Below are positions 14,378 through 28,546 of a DNA stretch of 64,000 bases, one piece after another. Within the stretch, counting starts at the first letter, position 1, and each line of letters opens with the position of its first letter. Made by a program: the position numbers and the translations under genes. The notes beneath the pieces were generated by a model, which saw only the letters and a program-made list of their open reading frames with translations, was not told the DNA's origin and made no database searches. Location: assembly GCA_964057225.1 (NCBI GenBank), contig OZ059899.1, forward strand, positions 7,998,001 through 8,062,000, read 5' to 3'. The DNA is from Auanema rhodensis. Taxonomy: Eukaryota > Animalia > Nematoda.

Positions 14378-14691
14378 CCTTAAGGTATCATTTTCACTCA
14401 GATTTTTCAAAATTCGTTAAACTGTCTGTTATTTTATAAAAAAAAAATATTTTTTGAGAAGAATTTCCGAGACAAAAGAGTTAAATTCAAGACAATTTTG
14501 AGCTTTTATAGCTTTTTCGGAGCACAAAATGTTTTTGTCATTTCCTCTAAGCTTAAGAAGACTTTTTAGTGAAACTAATATAAGAACAACTCAGCTAAAA
14601 AATTTTAGTAAAAATGGTTTTCTTCGTAATATTCTATTTTATTTTTCACCTTTGTTCTGTCTTAAGTATTAAAAATCAGGTGAAATTAAGG
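14378..14691. mobile_element. Degenerate MITE-like element with imperfect terminal inverted repeats
   Basis: Left end ccttaa-ggtatcat-tttcactcagattttt versus reverse complement of right end ccttaa-tttcacct-gattttt. TTAA at both ends; no ORF. Confidence 0.3.
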
Positions 14692-17604
14692 ACAAATATC
14701 CAGTTTTAAATTATGAACGCTTTTAATTTTTATAAAATATTATATTCTTATTAATATTAAATATAAAAATGAAAAATTTATATACTTATGCATGACGCTT
14801 TTGATTCACATTACTCAAAATATGGAAGAAGGAAATTGAACTTGGTTGACAACAGAAAACAAAGGAGTTTCCTTCTTTCCACACACGAGAGTTCACTTAC
14901 TAAATTTAAGAAGAAATTTTCTGTTGATGAATCTAAAATCTCAGGAAACGATGACAACGTTGATGAAAACGATGAAGCTGTTGCCCTTTTTTGAGCTTTG
15001 AACCAATAAAATGGGCAGAAGAAGTACGTAAACTATGTATAGACTCAAAACAAGTAAACGAACAAGTTTAATAGCTCCTATTCATATATGACAAGTAAAA
15101 AACGGAACAAAAAAACGATTTTGTCATCTTCATATGAGAACTATTTCATGAACATATTTACGTATATAAATAGTATATATATAGTATATAGTATTTAGAC
15201 ATATAATATATACTATATAGTATAATATTGATACATATATATATGTATATGTATGTATGATATACAAGATCTGATGATATATTTCTTTTTCATTCAGCAT
15301 TTTGTTTTAACAAAAAAAAAGAAAAAGAAAATGAAATAGAGAGGGTTCTGAGCAATTGTATTTCTCTCTTTCTCGTTTTCTCTGTCTTTCTTCAAATAAT
15401 TCATACTTTCTTTCTCTCTCATCCCTTTTAAATCTTTTTTTTTCCTACTTCTTATCCTTCTTTTCTTTCTCTTTTAGTCTTTTTTCTTATGTATCCGACC
15501 TTTTTTATTTTCCATTTAATTAAATAACGTCATTCATTCCCTGAATTTCATTCATATAATACATTTATTCTTCGTTATCTGATAATGAAATGATTTGAGC
15601 TTCGGACTCCACGTATGCAGCTCATGCAAATGATGATGAGCTGTTGATTTAAAAATCGGAATGTTTGACCTTCTCACTTTCATATAATTCTTCTTTTCTG
15701 ATCCTCATATCCTTTATTTCACATTTCCGTGCTACTTCAAATGTATGCATATATGGCTGAGAAGCCCATTGAATCCTGAGAGTTTCCTGCCCTAACTCTC
15801 TTTATTATGCTGTCTATCTCGATAAGATGTCGTCCTTCTTTCCGTCATAGAGAAGAGCTGGGTTCAGAGAGCGGTATAAGGGGAAAGTTCGGATAATCAA
15901 AAATTGGTCGTTGGTTCATCCTAATGTTTCTTCAATGTTTTTTGTTATAATTTCCAATGACACTCCTTCAACTTTGAAGAAGGGCAAAATTCAAGTATAA
16001 TTCATAATTTCACTTACATATGCGTGTTTTGGTCTTCCCCCTTAACTATTGTCATAGCGACAATTCTCTTTTCTCAGATCTTATGAACTTAACTTTCTTT
16101 TCGTTTTGTTCTTAAAGCTCCTTCGTTGTATTTTACATATATTTGTATCTTTATACTTTTTTTCAAATCTTGTATGTTAATAAAAGGACATTCAGGAGTC
16201 TGAGTTACATGTATTCATGTAAATGTGTGTATGCGTGAGAGAGCAGTAGAAACAAAAAAAAATTGGAGATACCCAGTCAAGGTAATCCCAAAAGAAAATC
16301 CTTTATGTATGTATAATACTTGGATGACAAAGCCAACAGAATGAATAGTAGAAATCTGAAAAGCATATTACTATTCAAGCCCAAAAGAAAACATCAAAAC
16401 TTCATATGGTTTATTCGTCTTATTTCTTAAAATATGACAACTTACTTCATTCATTTAATGTACTCACGAGACAACGAAATATTTGAAGTTTCTTTTGGCT
16501 TGTGATAAATTAATTTTTTCTATTTTTCCTTTGTTTGTGTTATTTACATTCTTGGAATGGAATCATCATTATGTACTAACATACATATGCTGTTCGATTT
16601 CAATTTATTTTTGAGTTTGATAAAAGCAAAAAAAAAGAAAAAAACATTATTTGTTATATTTTTAGTTATCCTACTGTTTTTTTCCTTTAGTAAACTCCTC
16701 ATCATTTTGGAAAAAAATGTTTAAAGAGTGCTTAACAAGAATTATAAATATTTGAAAATTAAACGAAAATAAGCTTTTTGTGCTCTATGTTCATCAGTTA
16801 TAATAAAAACGATGTTTAATAGAATAACTATTATTCACGCAAACGTATAATTTTCAAACTATTTATCTTTACATATTCAATTTTTGGTTTAATTTTTGAT
16901 AAAAAAACATTTGTTTCCATGTATTTATTTTTTATTTTTTTTAGTTTTGATGTACATTATGTATGTTATACATTCACTAATTTTTTTATTTTAGTCTTCT
17001 TATAGCTAGCTTGTTTCTCGATAATCTTTAACGAAACATGTATTATTTTCTTTTCATCTCAATACTATCATAGGTTTCTAGTATTACTATAAACGTATAT
17101 GTATATTGATATCTATGTATATACATAATATTTAGTATATGACGTTACTATCGTCATTCTATGTATGTTTTGTTTTAGAATATTCATGTCTCAAGTATAT
17201 TTAAACAGTATTTTATTCAATTATCTTTTTTTTTGTTCTTATAAAAAATTATATTTTTTCCTGTTGCTCTACCTTCCCCCCCCCCCAACCCTCTCTCTCT
17301 CTCTCTTTTTATCTCTCTACCTCTCTCGCTCTCTCTCTATGTTACTGCTCTTATTCCATTCCCTCCCTTGTTTTACAACATTAGCTCTTTCGCACGTTTA
17401 TTCATTTGAATAGAAAAAAAGCAATACTTCCACGTGTTCACGTTGGATGTACATGCACATACTACATATGTCAATCCTGCTGCTGTTCAGAACTCATTTC
17501 TCTTTCAGAAAAGCAGAGAACGGTTGTATTCATGTTTCTCACTCATACTCTCGTTCCCGTTCATCCACTTTCCCTTTTTCATCTTGCCTCTTCCAAGGCA
17601 AGCC

Positions 17605-20189
17605 ATGAATATTGCCCAGCTGATTAATGGCCAATCATTAGAAGCTCGTCAACCCGCAAAGGCGGTGAGTGTGTATGCCAGTTCGATACTTTTCTGTCTC
17701 GATCTTTCCTTGTTTCCTTTTACTCAATGATTATATCATGTAGATCCATTTATTTGTCCTAAATGTTCCACTATTTTTGTATGGTTAAACTGAAAACAGA
17801 GGAATTTTGAATTCACCCATCTCATGACTCCCACAGAACTCTTTTCTTCTATTTTTCGAAATTGTACTGAATGTTCACCTGATCTTTGTTGCCTTTTCAT
17901 CCTTTCCTTTATCTTTTTACTGCTTTTCAACACTAATTATTTAAGTTTTATTCTTAACATCTTAGGTTTTCGTCTCCTGAACCAGGTCGCCCGAATTCTT
18001 AATAAAGGAATGGCTTATGTACTTTTCATGCAGCATAAGCTGCTGCTAGGAAACAACTTGATCAGCAGGAGTGTAATAACATATCATATGATAATTTCTT
18101 TAAAATCTTGAATTATTTCTTCATTACTCGTTTATTATGCTTTTTCAATCTTTTGTTTAATTTCATAGAAGCTTTATATTTTACCCTTTTTTTCTAACAA
18201 AAAGTGAATTTCAGAAATGATCCAAGACATTAATCAACCCAGTTATCATCGCTCAGCTTGTGTAATTTTTTTTTTTGTAATTTTATTTTTAAAATATTTA
18301 TATTATAAAGAACAAAACAATATTTCAAATGTTTATGCAATAAAGCTTTTTTTGGCGATAGTTAGCACAAAAACTAAAACACCCCCAGTTTATTTTTTAA
18401 TCCTATTTTCTCTTCTAGCTTCAGATGTTATCTCCTTCACCTACTCTGTCTCCGGCACCAGTACGTCCGAACAGATTAGAAGCTCCTAGATCATTAAGAC
18501 GGTTAGTTTTCTTAAAGTAAAATCATTTTTTAGATTATGTTATTATATAATATACATATATATACATATGTATATAAATTTGAGAAATTAGAAAAAAAAC
18601 ACTTGAGAGTTACTATTCTTCTTTACATTATTTTAACCATTTTGTACTTTTTCTTTTATAGCTGCCGTTCCGCTTCACCAGCACCTCCGAGGGCTCCAAT
18701 GCTTTCCGTAGAACGACAACTTTTAATTAGGTAAATGTTATATACAACACACATGTAGATATTTGTATTTATTTATTTGAGAACAAAAAAAGAAATTTGA
18801 ATTTTTCTCTTTTAAAATTCGTCATGTTCAATATCCTTTAAATGAATTCTATTCTGGATATTCTTTCATCACTTACATATATCAAATTTCAAAATCATGA
18901 AGTAAATTCGATCAACATACCCTTAATGGATTGAAAAGTTTTATTCACTATTCTAATAGTTCAAAAACTTTCATTCACCCCCCCCCCTCTCTCTTCTTCT
19001 CCTCCCACCTCTACAAGGAAATGTTTCTTAGAGCTAAGATGATTAGACACCACTCGTACTAATAAGATTAGATTTAAAGTTCAAAAAAAAATACATACAT
19101 GTATGTGTATCATCTATACGATTTTACGAGAATCATATGGATCAAATTCTTATTCGTGACATTTTAAATCATCTTTTCCTGCCATGAGATCATTCTAAGA
19201 CAATCCTTGACAGCTTTGTCATACGTCACAAAGTTCATAATGTTCAAAAAAATTGACAGCACGTTACTCCGCAGAATCATGCAGTCATCACTGTTTGAAT
19301 ATTCAAAACGTTTGCTAAAGTTTTTCTGGAAAAATAACGACGAATAATGCAAAGTGATGGAATGAATATAATCGAAAAAAAGGAAGATTTAGCATATACT
19401 ATTGTTTTATAATATTTAGAATAAAATGAAATATAACTCATTTATTTGCAGGAAATCATGGCAACGTATATCACGAGGAGCATTTGGAGACATCTGGATG
19501 GGCGATCTAACATCACGTATTGGGGTTGATGTATTTGGTGAAGATTCGACTAGTTGCCGACGTCATACACGTCATTTTCTAGAGCTCATTCAGGTAATTT
19601 TAATATTTTATTACAAAAAAAAAAGAATTTTTGATTCATATACACTTTTTTTATTTTTTTTATTTATAAAATTGAATATATGAATGTTTTATTAATATCA
19701 TAAAAAACATAAAATACATCAATTGTTTTATGTATAAAGTTTATTTAAATAAATTTTATTTTATAAACAAATATACATAATTAATTATAATTAACTATTT
19801 ATAGTCATGTGTTGATAACATGAATGATTTGGAAACTGCTCTGAAGCCTTGGTTGGATACCTTAGGAAGAGGACATGCTGGTTTCAAAATCAAGTATTTA
19901 ATCTGAATTATAACTTTGTATAAGCATTTATTCAAGAGCTCGTCATTGGGAAGCTTTTGGTGAGACCTTAGCTGCCACGGTAACTCAATGTTTGGGGCAT
20001 GGACGAAATCATAAAGAAACTATAAAAGGATGGATGGTAATCATATACTGAATTTAGAATTTGTTTCTTAAAAATTTATTTCAGATTTTGTCTTCGTTTC
20101 TAGCCGACCGTTTGGCAGCTGCTTCTCGAGCCGGTCATTCTCCTATGCTCACTCCTCGGGTTCAACTTATGACCTTTGTGCAACCATAA
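17605..20189 (+). CDS. Nematode globin (glb family) with S/P-rich N-terminal extension
   Basis: Exons 18419-18501, 18662-18730, 19452-19593, 19805-19893, 19937-20036, 20085-20189 read ...LLIRKSWQRI (A-helix SW)...VDVFG...RRHTRHFLELIQSCVDNM (E helix)...LDTLGRGHAGF (proximal His F8)...HWEAFGETL...KGWMILSSFLADRL. Candidate phase-0 first exons: 17605-17664 and 18217-18261. Confidence 0.85.
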
Positions 20190-21068
20190 ACAAATATTAT
20201 TTTTTAATCAAAACATTTTATTAATTTTGAAAATTAATAAAACAAAATCTAATAATTGTGATGTAAGTATGTATATCTTAATCCCTAGCATATTTCAAAA
20301 AATTTAAATGTTTATGAGACTTTTGAGAGAGAAAAGCATCAATGATTGTTTTCCTCAAATTGTATCCTTTTATTGTGATGTTATCATCTCATCATTTTTA
20401 ACAAAAAAAAATTCATTATAATAGAATATGTTTTTTTCTTTTTTTATTATTATTATTTATTTTATTAATGAGCTATGTAAATATTTGGATCTCTTTATGT
20501 GCCAATATTAACAGCTAAAAACTGTGTACTACTTATTCTTAATTGTGAATGATTTATGATGATTAAAATGTTAAATCAAAAGTATTCTTTTCATTTTTTT
20601 TTAATTATTTTTCAGAAGAAAATATAAATAATTAGATTAAAATTATAAACAAAAATATATTATTAATCTTTAACTATGTACTATAATTGTAATTAAGTAT
20701 GAATATAGAACAACATATTTATTATATGATATATATTCTAAATAATTTATTAAAAACAAAGCAAATATGATTATATTTATTATAACATAATTATAAAAAG
20801 AATTGGAAAAAATGAGAATTATACACATTGTTTCAGTATTTATCCATTTGGCTATGGTTTCCAAGGATACGCGAAACAAACCCTTCTAACAATATACCGA
20901 CAAATGGCTTCGATATTCGCTATTGACAATTTGAAGTTACTCTTCGAATTTTCATTTTTATACTGCAACAGCATGTTCTTCATTTGTCTGTTTAAAACTT
21001 ATTTATCTTAAAATATTTATATATTTATATGTTATTTTCGTTTAATAAATTGAAATTTACAGAATGTT

Positions 21069-24000
21069 ATGACATCATTTGTATTGTTTCTACTTTTATT
21101 TTTCACAAATCCATTACATTTACAAACTATTAATACATATTTTAATTGTTTGAAAGAAGATTGTAATAATGATGGTAAATTTTTTTTTAATTATTTATAT
21201 AATATTTAAATTTAGATAATTTTTCTTTCAAAACATTAACAAACTTTGATATACATGATATTCCATTTATATTTTCTAATAGTTCAAATCAAAACAGTTC
21301 CTCTGTTTCTATTAAACTATTATTAAAAGAAATATCAAATCAAAATAATCTAAATAATGATTATGGTATTATCGTAAGTTTATTTGTTTTATTCATTATT
21401 TTTAATTTGAATTGATATAGATTCTTGAAACGGGTAATGATGATCAAGTTGAATGGTTTGCAACATCACATAAACAATCAAAGCCTTTAACAGGACTATC
21501 TTCATTATCACAACCAAAACTTCAAATAGCTTTTCAAGAAAATTTGCCTCTTTATCACTTCGATGCTTCGAATTTAGAATTCTATCCTGAGCATGTATAG
21601 CAAATTTTTTATACGCAAATAGCATAAAATATCCATATTTTCAGCTTGTGATAATTGAATCTAATTCAAATATTTCATTTCGGTTATTGAAAGTTTCCGA
21701 TTCAATAGATTGCCGTGGTAATGCTCTCATATTTTCTATTGTGCTTTGGGATCACAACGTTCAAGAACACTTCAAAGAATTTATCAATTTTCAAAATTCA
21801 AAGACGTGTTCAGTTAGGAAATATTAGAAGTTATAATAATTTATTGAAATGTTTATTAGATTTGTGAACAACTCAATATCAGCAGAACATGGGTTCGGTT
21901 ATGTCCATTCATCATTGATTCTAAGTAAGTCTTATTTCAATATTTGCATTCATTTCAAGATTATTTTAGAAATTCGCCTGATATTACAACAGATAACTTG
22001 ATTGGTATTAACTTTATATTTTAAAATGTGTTTTTTAAAAACTTTAGAACTTATAGATTCTGATATTGATGAGTTATCTCCTTCTAATTCTGAGCCTGAT
22101 GTCGATAATTCTATTGATAATTCATTTAAATATAGTAAAACGTTAAATACATAAAGAAAATTCTTTTTTTATTTCAATTTCAGATTTTCCAAAACTCAGA
22201 TTAACTGACGATCTCCGCGGATTATTCGTAGATTGTGGCTTCGGTGATATGAGCGACTTTGGTTTTGTAGAATGTAATACGGTATTTGAAGACATAACTG
22301 AGCTTGGAGGTCGATCATATTATTACATAAAATGAAAAAAAAAAGTTTTTTTTTTAGTGAATCCTATATGTGAAGGATCTGAAAATGGATTTCTAATTAC
22401 GTTTGGACGAAATGCTACATTACAACCTGGTCAAGTTTTGCAACTTCAACTGTGTTCTCCGTCAATATCAGTTTGGAATTTTCCGAAAAACTTTCCAAAA
22501 TCAACAGAGGATTATTTAGTTTCAGATCCCATTAGTCCAGTATGGTTTCAGTCTTGTTTAACAGTTTTTTTTGTTTTTTTTAACAGACTTATCCTTCATT
22601 TGTTGTTGATTACCCCGATGAAGTTATGAACTGTGATTCCAAAGTTAAAATTGAGATTAAGCAAATCCAAGGGAATGGTGATCGAGATTTAATTTTTGAA
22701 TGGGATATATCAGATGGTATTTGATTATATTTTGTAAGTTCATTCTTCAAACTAATGTAGGAGATAATCCATTAGCTGAAATACTGATAGAAGAGAAGAC
22801 ACGGCGACTTGAATTTCCAGGACAATTTGTATGTTTCTAATAATAGAATTATCTATTTTTAACTATTTTTCTATTAAATTTAGATTGATGGAAATTTAAC
22901 TTTATCAGTACGAGGATGTAACTACGGAGGGAAATGCTCAGAAAAGAAAGAATTGCATATTACAGTTGTTCAAGTTCCTGGTGTTTTCAGAATTCATATA
23001 ATTGGTAAAAAAAAAAGCATTATTTGAAAATATCTATATATATATATATATTTGGAATAAAAACTAATTTCTAGGATTTTCTCCATTCGTTTATCCTTCA
23101 TCTTTAATACGGCTTCAAGCTCTTCCAGAGTTTAGTACATGTAATGTATATAACATTTCTCCAAATAATGTTGAGGTATTTTCCTAATCTTCAATTTAAT
23201 TAAATATAATAAAATATATATTTATAGTTTTGGTGGTATATTAATGATACATTAGTATCAATGGAAGATAATTATCGTATTCCTTCAAATAAATATTTAT
23301 TAGGATCAACACTTAATATTTCTGTAACTGCTACATTTACAGAAACTAGAGAACAAGTTTATAAAGCAACAGCAACTGAAATTCTTACAGTAATACTGAA
23401 ATTTAAAACTTTTTTTTATATCTTTTATTACAGTATACACCTGAACCCTTATATCTTTCAATGGATTCCGCAGCTTCACGTGAACTTCCAGTTGATCAAG
23501 ATCTAATCTTGGATGCAAGTTCATGTCGAGATTATAATTCAGTTGATTCTATATTAAAACATAATTGGAAATGTGAAATAATTTCAAACAAATCTGATAA
23601 TACAAAACCATGTAATATTCCAAATATGTCAACATTACAATGGGCTCAATCTATATTAGTAATTTCTTCATTTACATTAAAAGCTGGTGAAAGGTTAGTT
23701 AATTTTTATTGTTTCAAACTTTTTTTTTATAAAAATTGTTATTTTTAAGTTATAAATTTACAAATAATATTACATCTTCAAATGGTTTAAATGGAACTTT
23801 ACAAACTATTGTTACTATTACGGAAGCTGAATTACCATTAATTACTATTCAACCAATGAAAGAAAAAGAAGATGTTTTAAGTTACATCAGGTTAATTACA
23901 AATTCAAATTGAAAATATAAAAATTAAACTTTAAGAGTTCAAGCTTTTGTTAGTAGTATAGCATCTCCTATTAATATTACATGGCAAGTTGTTCAATCAA

Positions 24001-27000
24001 ATAATTCAAGTTTGTTTGACAATTAAACTTTATTTTTAACTCGTTAAGCTTTAGGTTGGTTTGAGCTTAAGCATATTTTGAATGAATCCACAGCCGTATA
24101 TGATAATTTACCGTCAAAATCTATGGCTGTTTCACTGATAATTCCTCCAAAAAATTTAAAAAAGTACAGTATAGAATCAAATATAAATCAAATAACTACT
24201 ATTCATATATGTTTAGATATCCTAAATGGACTGGACTTAAACCATCATCTGAATATATAATTCGTTTATTGGCTCGTAATATTCGTGGACCATCATATTA
24301 TGATATAACTGTTCGAACAGCTACATCACCTCGAATTGGAAAAATTGAAGTATTTCAAGAAATCTATTTACTTTTTATTTTTTATTAATTCTCAGATTTA
24401 TCCTATGCATGACATTATTGCTCTAGAAACTCCAGTTAAATTTGAAATTGGTGATGGATGGGATGATTTGGACAGTGGAAAATTACTTTTTCGTTTTGGA
24501 TTTACGGTATAGTAATGTTTCATATTTTATAAATATTGTTTTATTTTATAAATAAATAATGTTATTCATAAATTTCCAGACAATTCATGTAAATCATAGC
24601 CATACCATATGGATGCCTCAAACATCAGCTAAAATAGTATCATTATATCTTCCTTCTGGTATTATATTATTATTTATTTCAATTCATTTATTTTTAATTT
24701 AAGCTTCTCCTGATCCTCCTGCTTGTAAAGACAGAATAGGTTGTAAAGTTGTTCTTGAAGCATGTGATGAAGGAACATGTCGATTAGCTGAATCTGATAT
24801 CTTCAATGTAGCTTCTTCTGAAAATTCATCTCTTGCTGTAGCAAATATAATTTCTTTAATTAATGTTGATATCAGAAATAGTAAGTTTTGCGAATAAATA
24901 AAACTTAGAACTTAAAATGTTTTTAGATAATTTTTTCTCAGCATTAGCCAAAATATATGCTTTACTATTAGAAAAATGTGATGAAAATTTGAAATCTGTT
25001 TTAGCTGATCAAACTGTCCAACAATTATTAAAAAGTCTTGATTCAACAAGGTTTGATTATTAGTTATAACATATTTACTAAATATATGTTTTATTAAGCA
25101 CATCATTAGAATATCGTGAAGTTTTACAAGCAGCTTCAAGTCTTCTTGATTATGTTTCAATTGATGTTGTGAAAAACGTTGTAGAATTGATGCAAACATA
25201 TCGAAGTTTTGTGGGAAAATTGAATTCTAATCCAGGATCACGACGACGAAGAAGTGTTCCAATACCTTTATCATCAAATAAAGAATTGGATTTAGAAGAA
25301 GTAAACTATTACATACATACATTTAATTATAAATTAATAATTAAGGTTGTATCAATGCTTGAAATGACTGACAAAATTATAACAAAGAAAGATGTTCCTG
25401 TTGCTGAAGTTTATTTTTTAGTTCTGAATGATTTTCTGAGTGGTTTTTGTGTTGAAATACGTGGCTCATCTAATCGAGTAATTCAAGCTTCGGTATCATC
25501 AAAATATATATTTAAAAACAAAAATAATCATAATAATTTGCAGGGAAAATTATATACAACCATTCAAGCGCAAAATATCAAAGCAAATGAAGCTGATTTC
25601 TTAAGTAATGTATATCCAATAGCGGGATCAGATATTGAACAGGTATGATATGCATAGTTATCAAATTTAATTTTACTTTTAGATTCACTTTTCCGAAGAA
25701 TTTGCTGAACAATATAAACAATGGAATTGTGGTGATTACACAACATGTAATGATATATGTTTAGCTACAGCTAAAATAAGCATTAATGCTGCTATGTGAG
25801 TAAACGTTTTAAGAAATTTCGAATCTTCTTCGTTCTTTTTACATTTTTTTCCAAAAAAAAACAAAAATTTATGAGCATCAAAAGATTTGAACGAAAAATT
25901 GTCATTTATAGAGTCAACAAACAAATTGAAGATAAACTATTTTCTAATGGACTTGGATTAAAAACTCTTAATAAAAGTGTTTCTGATTTATATAAAGTAA
26001 GATAATTACAATGTATTATTATTTTAGTAATTAATTTCTATATTTAGATTGCTCTAATGGATCCAATGAATGGCTTAAATCTTGAACGACAGTCAGGACC
26101 ACATTTGTATACAATTCGTATTCCAATTAATAATCATCAAGCTTCTAATTATTATAAGGTAAATTATATATTACTCTATCAGTTATACATAAAATTTATT
26201 ATTAAATTAAATTTTTAGTGTTTTTTAATTACTGGTGACATGACATGGGTTGATACAGCATGTAATACTACTGAATATCCTATTAAAATAGGTGGCCAAT
26301 ATTATCAAGAGTGTACATGTTCTATGACGGGATTACTTGGGTAAAAATATTATAAATTTATTATAAATAAATATAAATAATATGTTTAGAATATTTATAA
26401 TACAGCCACCAATTCCTAAACGAATACCACCCCAATCAGAAATTTTTTTTACATTTAATATGGTTAGCATATACTATAATATATATAAATAACTTTATAT
26501 TATTTTAGTCTCAATCTAACTATATATCTAAACAACAATTGCAAAATTTTCTTAATAATCTACAATGGGAGACAGGATTGATAAAAAGATTGGTTAATGC
26601 TAAAGTAATTTCAAATTCAACAAATCCTGTTATTTCAATGATTTTACGTCCTCCATCTAAGCCAGGGCTTCAATCAAATAGCTATGTAATCAATATAATC
26701 AAAATGTCAATTATTTAATTATTTAATTATATTAAGGCTGTTCAAGCGATTCTTAAAACTGTCTACAGTATCAGTGGTTTTAAAGCTTATGATCAAGTTT
26801 ATGTAGAGGATTCAACTCATTCGGTAATAACACGAGGTTAACATAATATTTCATATAAATTTATTTATTATACTTTGTGATATAGAATTGAAAGGTGATG
26901 GAAATGCCAGAAAAATGATGATGTATTTTACAAACAGCAATACGGATGTGGTTGGAAATCGCTCAGAACCATTAGCTAATGCATGGACAGTTAACCTGGC

Positions 27001-27980
27001 TGCTGCTCTTGCTGTATCAGAACTACGTTTCAAAAATCCTGTAATTTTTGGTATAGTATATTTATATAATTTGTAGCTTATTCACAATTTAATTTAGGAA
27101 ATATATTTAATTTTACAATAACAATTCCATTTTCTGAAGAAAAGACAAGTCTTAGTGCAGAAGAAATATCATTGATGATTATGGTCAGTAAATTATTTTA
27201 TATTTTCAAAAAGATTACAAATTAATAATCAAATTATAATTTGTTTTGTTTAAGGAGATGGTTCATTATAATGAAATAGATCTTCGATCTGTAGCCGGAG
27301 AGAAAATAGATCTAAATGATCTAACTGCTGAGAATATAATTGAATTAATAGTTTTAACAGGTATATTTATTGTTATTATTTAATAAAATATACAAACAAA
27401 GTTCAAAATGAATACTACAAAGCTCAAAACAATTACATTGTAGTTTGAATGATTTATCAGTTTATCATACTATAATGCGTTCAAAGTATTTCCGGAATAG
27501 TATAAATTATTATCTTTTCATATCATATATTAGAAATTAAAGTTCATCATGTGCCAAACAAATAGAATATAAGTATATATAATTCTTTATATTTAATTAA
27601 AATTTAATTAATTATAATAAACAAACAAGAATATTTTAATTTTTTAGAAACCAATGTTTTGGCTCTGGTTCTCACAATTGTTGTAGGAGCTTCTGTTCTC
27701 CTTATAATGCTTCTTGTTGGCGGTGCTGCGATTATTAAAATTCGAACGGAAAGGGCAATACAACGGGTAAAATTGCTTTTTTGCTCTTTTTTTCTTTGAA
27801 CTTCTTTGAAATTTTTTTAGGAGCGTCAACGAATTATTGTAATAAACCCAGGTGATTCTATCCGTCCACCAGCTCCGCAGTCAGCTGAACGGATAAATGG
27901 TTAGGTTTTAGAAACAAAGTTCATTTAAAAACTTTTTTTGCATTTTAGTTTCAACCATACAAAATATCAGACATCGATGA
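21069..27980 (+). CDS. Large single-pass membrane protein with PKD/REJ-like region and GPS-like motif (polycystin-1-related ectodomain)
   Basis: Many short exons. Signal-peptide-like start MTSFVLFLLLFFTNP; REJ/PKD-like DLILDASSCRDYNSVDSILKHNWKC (~23500); furin-like SRRRRS (~25240); GPS-like CFLITGDMTWVDTAC...ECTCSMTGLLG (26219-26340); TM VLALVLTIVVGASVLLIMLLVGGAAII (~27655-27735); short tail; stop TGA 27978-27980. Not every internal exon was checked base by base. Confidence 0.75.
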
Positions 27981-28546
27981 TAACGATGATCTAGAAGAGA
28001 ATCAACGTGTGATTATATTTTTTTCTTGAGTACGGATTTTAAGATTTATATTATCTTTGCCATTTTATAAAATTTATTATTATTTCTAAAAAAGAAATCA
28101 TTTGTTTTATCCATGTAAATGATTTTTCTTATTATAGGATATAAATAGTTTTCTTTATTTTCAATCTTTCAATTCTTATCTTTTCATGAACACCATTGAC
28201 TACAGGTTCAGTAGAACAACAAGCAATCATTGATTGATAAAGAAGAATTGTTTGCAACTCAACACCAACTGTTTTTTTTTTGTTTTCAAAGAAAAAAAAT
28301 CTTTTAATCCATATTGCCTTACATAGTTCATTAGATTCATTTTTTTTAACAAAAAGAATGTTATTCACAGTTCCTACTTGTGAATTATTCAACGAACTTG
28401 AAGTTTTTACTACTTTACACAATTTGTTTTCGTGTAATTAAGCTGTTTCTTCTATTTTTATTTTCAATGTTGTACTTCCAAAATAGGACTGGTGTTTTTA
28501 ATTATTAAACTTCACTCTAAATGTGGTTTGATTTAATTACAGCAAA

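Noticed and set aside
5647-17413. Many F/L/I/S-rich ORFs in the track (e.g. 5647, 7702, 9882, 17165)
   Set aside because: Products of T-rich or microsatellite DNA, often with TTG/GTG starts; no splice or homology support.
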